A stretch of 63,741 bases of DNA, the filler included, from Klebsormidium nitens (lineage: Eukaryota > Plantae > Klebsormidiophyceae): assembly GCA_000708835.1 (NCBI GenBank). It is 5 parts of 5 records of this genome, joined end to end, with 100 filler letters (N's around TTAATTAATTAA, not from the genome) between each part and the next. Parts side by side here need not be neighbours in the genome. Positions count along the whole stretch, not along the records: positions 49,191 to 60,087 come from DF238150.1; positions 60,188 to 63,741 come from DF238567.1; 3 more parts are not named here. One strand, written 5' to 3'. Made by a program: the position numbers and the translations under genes. Numbering within the stretch: the stretch's first letter is position 1; each line of letters starts with the position of its first letter. The notes under the pieces were generated by a model. The model was not told the origin of the DNA. It was given only the letters and a program-made list of their open reading frames with translations, and ran no database searches. This document shows, piece by piece, positions 56,587 to 63,741 of this stretch.

Positions 56587-59403
56587 ATGGTGCATAGAGG
56601 GGCTGCCAACGCCAATGTTCTGAAGGCGGTGCCACCCAATCTTGGTGGGCCCCAAGCAAATCGGATTTGGAAAGTTGAGCAGGCAGCCAAGGCCAAGGAG
56701 GCACAAAAAAAGAGAAAGGAATATGAGGCGGAGGCGGCAGCTGAGGAGGAGCGCCATATAGCAAAGAAGAGCAAGCAACCTGCCGACAGCAAGAAAAAGG
56801 CCACTACTAGTAACCTGTCCAAAGCACAAGGTTACAAACCAAGGTCTCAAGCAATACCCCCTGAGGAAGTAGATGAGAACAATGCCTATGGCTATGGGGC
56901 TGCTGGAAACGAGGATGAGATTCCCGAGCTACAACCTGATGCAATGCCTTATGCCAATGATGAGGACAAGGTACCTGCACAGGAGGACGAGTCATCTGAC
57001 GATGACGGGGGAGAAGAAGGACATGGCGATGATGGAGGAGAAGATGGAGGCAGCGAGGAGGAGGAAGAGCGGTTGGCTCGTATTCCGAGGCGTGCTCCAA
57101 GGTTGCCTCCACCCCAGATCCCCCAAACAGGTGGTCGTTCATCTGAGGCAGCAAGCAACCGCATGGCACTTGCTCTCCGTAAGTTGTGCTACCTTACAGC
57201 TGATTTCCCAGCACTGAGCTTGTTCTGCAAGAATTGGAAATGATGCATTGAAGCCTGTACTTGTTTGCTGTCAATATCAAAGCTGCAGTCATCCTCATAT
57301 CCAAATGTTGCTTTGTCATTTGGATATTTGAAATTGTGCGTTGAAGGAACAGCTGTTAGATTGGATTGGATAAGAATTCTGAGGAGGCGCATCTGGTGTA
57401 CAATCCATGTTGCCGGGACTATCCCTTTCAATGAGGCACAAACTAGGTTAATTGTTTGTTTCCAACACAGTGTTTTGGCAAGAGAGTGACATGCTCTTAG
57501 CTTGCTTCAGGGAAGGACAGCTCAGAAGCTGGAGGTGGTGCCGGACGTGCCATTGTGATTGGCGGGGATGTTGACGAGCAATATTTGTTGCAACCGGGCA
57601 GAGGAGAGGAAACGGTGAGCATGGAAAAAGGGGAACCTGCTGTGGAATGCAAACCTCGCAAAGTTGAGCTTGTTCTTAGCCAACCACATGGCTAGACCTA
57701 GTGCTCTATGCATCATCTTTGCTCTTGGCAACCGTTTGCTCATGGCTACCTGCTTGTTCTTACGTGCATCGGTTTGCTCATGGCTAACTGCCTACTCTTG
57801 CCTCTGGGCAAGTTGTTCTTGGCTCCGCTTGCTTTTGCTGCTCTGGTTGCTCTTGGCTAGGATTGTTTCATACAAGGATTCGGGTTGGCCAATGAAAGCG
57901 CCCTTACGTTTTCTGCAGACCCCCGAGAGGGCGCTTGCCAAAGTGGCCCTGATCAGCTGGGCGGTGGGATGCGACCCTTACCCCAAGCCGGAGGACCTGT
58001 TGTACTACCGCGCCGTCATGGAGGGGATGGAGCGTTGTGAGGTGGACGGGGTGAAGAACGATCCGAAGGAGTTCTTTGGGGCAGCCACGTACGCCTACCT
58101 GTTGCATTGGCACACCAAGAGAATGTCCAGTGCCAGGGCGGAATACTCTGGCGTCAAGAACATTCGGGGTGTCTTCAACGCAACCCATCACTTCACTCCA
58201 GACAAGTGCAGGACAGACGAGGCGTTGGAGGAGCTGCTGGCCAAAGGGCGAGAGCTCGTGAAAGGTGAGCGATCAAAAGCTTCTGATCGCTACAGGTGTC
58301 AGCTGCTGATCTGCACTCGATATCCAAATGCACTGTTGCATCTGTTACTGTGGAAATGCTGCGTTGAAGTGTCCTTGTAGAACTTCTAGCCGCGAAGCGA
58401 CAGCCTCTCAACGAATGACGTTTGCTTCTTGCAGACGGCGCGTGGCATACCGACGGCGACGGCAACCCGTTCTCCTCTGACGTGTTCGTCAATATCGCCA
58501 ACGACGTCTGGTCGGGCGACGGACAGTGCCGTATGACCTGCAAGCAGCTGGCCTGGACCTGTCTCGTGGTAAGTCGTACATTTGGAGAACCCTTCAAAGC
58601 TCTTGGCAGAACTTTGGAATGTGAAAGTAAGCTCAAGTGCGGATGCCCAAAAGATCCTCAACTTCAGCCGAAGTAGCACGTCACATGGTCGACTGCTGTA
58701 TTTCGCGACTGGCAAGCTTGATGCTTGTAGAGCACAGTTCCATCAAGCATCTCGTATCGTGGACAGCACCTGACNNNNNNNNNNNNNNNNNNNNNNNNNN
58801 NNNNNNNNNNNNNNNNNNNNNNNNNNNNNNNNNNNNNNNNNNNNNNNNNNNNNNNNNNNNNNNNNNNNNNNNNNNNNNNNNNNNNNNNNNNNNNNNNNNN
58901 NNNNNNNNNNNNNNNNNNNNNNNNNNNNNNNNNNNNNNNNNNNNNNNNNNNNNNNNNNNNNNNNNNNNNNNNNNNNNNNNNNNNNNNNNNNNNNNNNNNN
59001 NNNNNNNNNNNNNAGAGCACAGTTCCATCAAGCATCTCGTATCGTGGACAGCACCTGACACTTGTTCCATCCAACTGCTATTTAGGTACAAACCCATCTG
59101 CTGAACAAGAAGCTGTCGCTGGACCGCGACGTCAACGCACGAGCGATGGACAAGCAGGCCGCGGAGGTGATGGCGATCTTGAAGAAGGCGAAGGCCGACA
59201 AGAAGAAGTTGGCCCTGAAGATAAGGCCAGTGGACAAGGCGGTGGATCTAGCTGCCGCAACGATAGCGTATCTGGAGAGTGGCGGGGGTAAGAAGAAGAG
59301 CAAGAAGAAAGGGTCCCCGAAAAATCTTGAGAGGGATGTAGATGTCTGGGAAGACATGGAAAAGATGAACGAGGAAGAAGAAGAGCAGGCGCCTGCAGCT
59401 TGA
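56587..59403 (+). CDS. Five-exon hypothetical protein head-to-head with the transposase (probable element accessory gene); exons 56587-57178, 57511-~57615, 57919-58264, ~58435-58568, 59087-59403
   Basis: All four introns are GT-AG with matching phases. The protein has a charged/acidic disordered N-half, a globular core (TPERALAKVALISWAVG...NPFSSDVFVNIANDVWS...LAWTCLVVQTHLL) and a Lys-rich tail. Confidence 0.7.
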
Positions 59404-61857
59404 CGCACAACCTTAGGGTATAATAATTCAGGGTTTTGTAAACCCTAAAACTAGTCTCAGCCAGCGGGTGAGAGCATTGTTGAACTTGTGGACCAAGAAT
59501 CACGTTCCACCAATCCTGTCAAGCTTAATGCAATGTAGGCGCACATCATATTCTGATTTTATGGACACAAATGCTATGTTGCATACCATCCAGTCATCCG
59601 ACGCATCATATCCAATATGACCATGAAACGAGTGCGTTTTGGAAATGCCGCGGCGTGGAGAACCGCCGGGCACGGTGCCGCCCGTACTGCCTGCCAGATG
59701 CCGTTCGGCACGCCGGACATTCGTATGCGACGTGCCGCGCGTCGGCCGCGCTGGTACATGCTAATTATGCCGTGGTGCCGGTTGCTGCGCCGCGCTACTA
59801 CACGCTGATGAGGTCACACCGCCGGCATACAGCCGGACCGCTTGCCGCGTGTTTTCACGCGCGGATCCACGCAGGCACCACACGTATGCCGGACGAGTGC
59901 TGACCAGCGTGCCGGGCGCGTGCAAACGGCGTCGCCGGAGGATTGCCGACAATCTTAAGCAGTGCGCCACCCAATATGTCCGGCCGCCGCACAGTATGCC
60001 GGGGCTTTTTATCGGCAGACCAGCGGCACGCTCCGGCTGCGTTCCCACGATTATAATCAACCCCTGCTTCTCCGGTGCCGACAGCTGNNNNNNNNNNNNN
60101 NNNNNNNNNNNNNNNNNNNNNNNNNNNNNNNTTAATTAATTAANNNNNNNNNNNNNNNNNNNNNNNNNNNNNNNNNNNNNNNNNNNNAAGGCAAGAGAGC
60201 AACAATTTTTCTGAGAGGCGCTCTTGCTGAAGGTGAACCTAAGTTGGGCTGAAAAGCTGGGCATGGATTCCGCACATGTCTAGCAGACGGGCAGCGTTGA
60301 AACCCGTCCAACCGTCACAGAAATGCTTCCAGAGCAGCCAGAGCCGCAAGATCTCGGCCTTCGTACTTGCCAGGACAGGGTATCATCCAAATGAGCCATT
60401 GGTGAAAGTCTCCATGTTGGCGAAGCTAATGCGATTTCTGTCGATGTCTTGGTGGTTGCAGGTACTGTACCCTCCGACCTTGTACATTTGGACGGACTAG
60501 CTAGTCAGACTGTAGTTAGCCAAGGTAGTTAAAGTTGGTAATAGTTGGTTACCATAGATTTGCCAGCAGAATGCTAGATTCGGCTAGTGATGACAATCAT
60601 GGTTAGTGTACCTGACAGGTAGTTTGTAATCGATTTCGGGCTTGTCTGCAGTACATTATCAATCAATCAGTTTTGATTTCATCTACACTCTTTTCAGATA
60701 CATATGACCTCGTCCCCAGAAATCCTGTTGAAAATTTGGTCGACTTGCAATCCAGATACATGATCTTGTCCCCAGAGTGATGTTGGAGATGCCAGACTTG
60801 CAATCCATGCAACGATTGCTAGCATAAGAGATCATGCGATACCTACCAATTGCAATTACAATCGTAAATAGCTGCATGAATCAGGATCAGTGATCCAATG
60901 TGAACAATTGTCAATACACATCAATTGCAATTGCAATATCAAATATAGCTGCCTGAATCATGATTCCCTGATCCAATGTGATCACTTATGAATAATGTGG
61001 CCTAGGCGCTGTAATATGGCAGCTACACATCCAGTCGTTACCATGCAGACAAGACTGTTACCATTCACAGCCTTGTCATTACTGTGCTGTACTGCACTGT
61101 TACCATTCGGAACGAATTTGAACCGAGCAGATTCGTCACGGTGGTCGATTTTAGAATTGCGATCACTTCTAAAACCGGTCGCGCGAGTCGGAGTGCCCGG
61201 GGAAGTCCGATGAAATTCGCGAATTCCGAGTTTTGTCGCGCGCCGGACGCCGCAAGTTTTCGTTACGGACAGCGTCCGGGCTGGTTGTGCTTGCCAGAAC
61301 AGATGCAGATCATTCGACAGATACAATATTAAACTACTGATTCACAACTCGGATCATTGCCGCACTGCACACTGGCCGCACTAAATGGATGAAACGTGCC
61401 TCATGACCTGCTGCCGTGTAACAGTATACCTGTTCAACAAAACAAGATTGGCTGACATTCATCCGGATGTTGAATTAATTGGATGCGGGACATGCAAATC
61501 CCTAGCATAATCTCACATAGTTTATTGCAGACCGTACATATATGTAGCTTGTCGATCAGTGTTATCATCTTGGTATCGCCCTAGCAAGCATCGATACACC
61601 GGAACGGCATGGCATACATGGCATGGCAGAAAATTGTTTGCCATGCGATCGTAGTTGAGAAACCGTAACGTGGTCGTAAAACAGAGCTGAGTCAGTAAAC
61701 ACGCCTTAAAAAAGAATCAATTGGCACGGACAAGCCGCTGAGCAGAACTTGTAGACTGTCAGAATCAGATTCAAGTGGAGGTAAGGGCCGGCCCGGCGGC
61801 GCACAAATGGCAAGCGATTCGTAGCCATTTTCTTTTCTGCGCGCTTTGAAGAACCCT

Positions 61858-62375
61858 CTAACCGGTCGTGTTAGTCGGGGTTGAGACTAAACCCCTAGGA
61901 ATGAAAGACACGTCGTACGGCAGATAGTAGTACACTTCGAAGACGCCACCAACCTCGTCGTGATACATCACGCCTGCATCCCAAACGACTAGTCTCATTA
62001 GCTCCATGTGAAAAGAGTGTTTTGATTCAAAAGGTGCCCAACGCCGAAACGTCCCCAACATACCGTCAAGGAGTATTAAATCCAGGTTGAGATACAGGGC
62101 TCCAAATTGAAGCTAGCCTATTCCTTGGCCTTCATTAGGAATCCCACAATTTTGCAAAATCTTCAGTAAATAAGGTGGAAATGCCTACCTTGAGACCCGA
62201 AGTATTTGCCGGCGCCCCCGGTGATGGTGAGCGTCTCCTGGAAGATGGTGTCGCCCGCCCGGGACGAAGCAATCATCTGACACGTGATGACGTCAGCTTC
62301 GATGGAGTTGGGCGTGGTGACGGGGCCGATCAGGCCGGCGTCGAACGCGAAGATGGAGTAGCAGATGTAGACGGA
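61858..62375 (-). CDS. Last two exons (62375-62189, ~61974-61858) of an allene-oxide-cyclase/dirigent-like beta-barrel protein; 5' exons not resolved
   Basis: Spliced SVYICYSIFAF...ITCQ...TLTITGGAGKYFGSQ|GVMYHDEVGGVFEVYYYL aligns by eye with the AOC/dirigent signature (LAITGG.G.F.GA.G.V). The phase-1 junction is consistent. Confidence 0.55.
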
Positions 62376-63060
62376 CTGAGGCACACGGCAAAAGAGGTCG
62401 TTAGCAGCGGAGAAACACTCCCAGACAAACGCGCTGGCAATAGGACTATTCGTGCGAATAAAGTGGTTCACCTAGTAAAGTTTGTGCAAATCGACTATGA
62501 AAAGACGGAGTGGCAGAGTAGACGGACTGAGGCACACAGCAAAAGAGGTCGTTAGCAGCGAAGAAACACTCCCAGACAAACGCGCTGGCAATAGGACTAT
62601 TCGTGCGAGTAAAGTGGTTCACCTAGTAAAGTTTGTGCAGATCGACTATGAAAAGACGGAGTGGCAGAGTAGACGGACTGAGGCACACAGCAAAAGAGGT
62701 CGTCAGCAGCCCGTCAGCAGCATGCAAGGACAGTAACTCTAGACAAACTCGCTGGCAACACGATCGATACATCTATCCATCTTGACAATTGTTGTCATCT
62801 ACAAGATTTCGTGCGGAACGATTTTGAAAAGATGAAATAGCAAATGCAAACGGACTCCGTGAGGCATGCACCGCAAACGAGGCAGTTGGCAGCGGAGAAA
62901 CATTCCGAGATAAACTCGCTGGCAATAGGATTATTCGTGCTGGTGAGAGCGGTTCTCCTAGCAACGTTTGTGCAGATCGACTTTGAAAAGACGGAGTAGC
63001 AGATGTAGACGGACTGAGGCACACAGCAGAAGAAGCCGTCAGTAGCAGGGACAGATCTTT
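62350..63060 (-). repeat. 151-bp tandem array containing branch point, 3' splice site and exon start (AG ends at 62376, 62527, 62678, ~62856, 63014)
   Basis: The unit gctaacgacctcttttg.cgtgtgcctcag|tccgtctac recurs with exact 151-bp period for three copies, then degenerates. Confidence 0.9.
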
Positions 63061-63741
63061 ATCCAAACTTGCTTGCAATCAAGTCAAGGATTCCGTTCGT
63101 TCTGGTGAATGATGGCGTTGTCGTGCACAGGAGTCATTGTCCCAGATCAGCGGTTTCAGGAAGGTGATCGGGAATGGTGTCGTTGGTTCGTAAAATGGAT
63201 TCGGGAGCTCGCACAGGATGTGCAGGTCCCGCAGAGTGTCTCACTACGAAAAATCTCGTGCTGGGGACCTCAAGGTTCCATGGAGTATCTCTTTAGAACA
63301 ATTTGTATGACGTAGTCACGGCGCGTTGGTTGAGAAAAATGGATGTGACAGGACTATAGTCCCCAGATGGTTTACATATTTCAAGGAATAGTTCTTTCGT
63401 CACTCCTGATCTTCCACGATTGCAGAATACTAGCACCATCTTGTCATTGCCGCTGCGGCGCTGATGGCGTCAACATCGACGTGCTGCTGACATCTGTGTT
63501 TGACAGGACGTTCGAAGTTGAGGAAACAGAGCTCCACACTTGACTGTGATCTAGATGTGCAGCCCACAACCTGGACGTTTGCAGCCCTCAACTTATGGCC
63601 GTAAAAGCGGTTGGTATAAATGTTAATCTAGCTGGCCACTCGGCTGAAAGGAGCGATTCTCAGCCGTTAGGAGCGACATACACAGCCAATCAGAGCAGCA
63701 GAATTCTGTAGACGTCAACATTGTAACGATTACGACTGGTT

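Noticed and set aside
58729-59059. Identical 46-bp sequence on both sides of the 239-N gap (58729-58774 and 59014-59059)
   Set aside because: Most simply an unmerged contig overlap. It lies in an intron and does not affect the gene model.
60188-61330. Possible gene remnant and promoter-like palindromes after the last gap
   Set aside because: All frames are interrupted by stops and no homology was recognised.
1-63741. tRNA, rRNA, CRISPR arrays and a TET/JBP gene near the Plavaka element
   Set aside because: Looked for by eye and none was recognisable; a covariance-model or HMM scan would be needed to exclude them.

Overview
Eukaryotic, intron-rich genomic scaffold with GC3-rich exons, GT-AG introns and five assembly gaps. 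It is most likely from a streptophyte green alga (Klebsormidium-like). That assignment is inferred from a plant-type TML, a plant-type double-PZP PHD protein and retention of B12-dependent MetH. Host genes in order: TML (-), a double-PZP PHD-finger chromatin protein (+), cobalamin-dependent methionine synthase METH (-), the 3' half of BTAF1/MOT1 (+), a WD40 protein with an N-terminal PIP box (-), a divergent CNOT9/Rcd1-like gene (+), a small membrane ORF (-) and the 3' exons of an AOC/dirigent-like beta-barrel gene (-). Mobile DNA includes a decayed LINE 3' end, Helitron-like hairpin termini, an uninterrupted RT-RNase H non-LTR ORF, and an apparently intact, spliced Plavaka-type DNA transposase paired head-to-head with a 5-exon partner gene. 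Three observations stand out. (1) METH carries an in-frame N-terminal CBM48/AMPK-glycogen-binding-like domain and probably a hydrophobic membrane hairpin. (2) Four introns in two genes contain tandem amplifications (about 110-180 bp spacing) of their own 3' splice site plus the start of the next exon. (3) The Plavaka two-gene unit belongs to a family described mainly from fungi. All gene models were spliced by eye and family calls come from recalled motifs; no database search was run.
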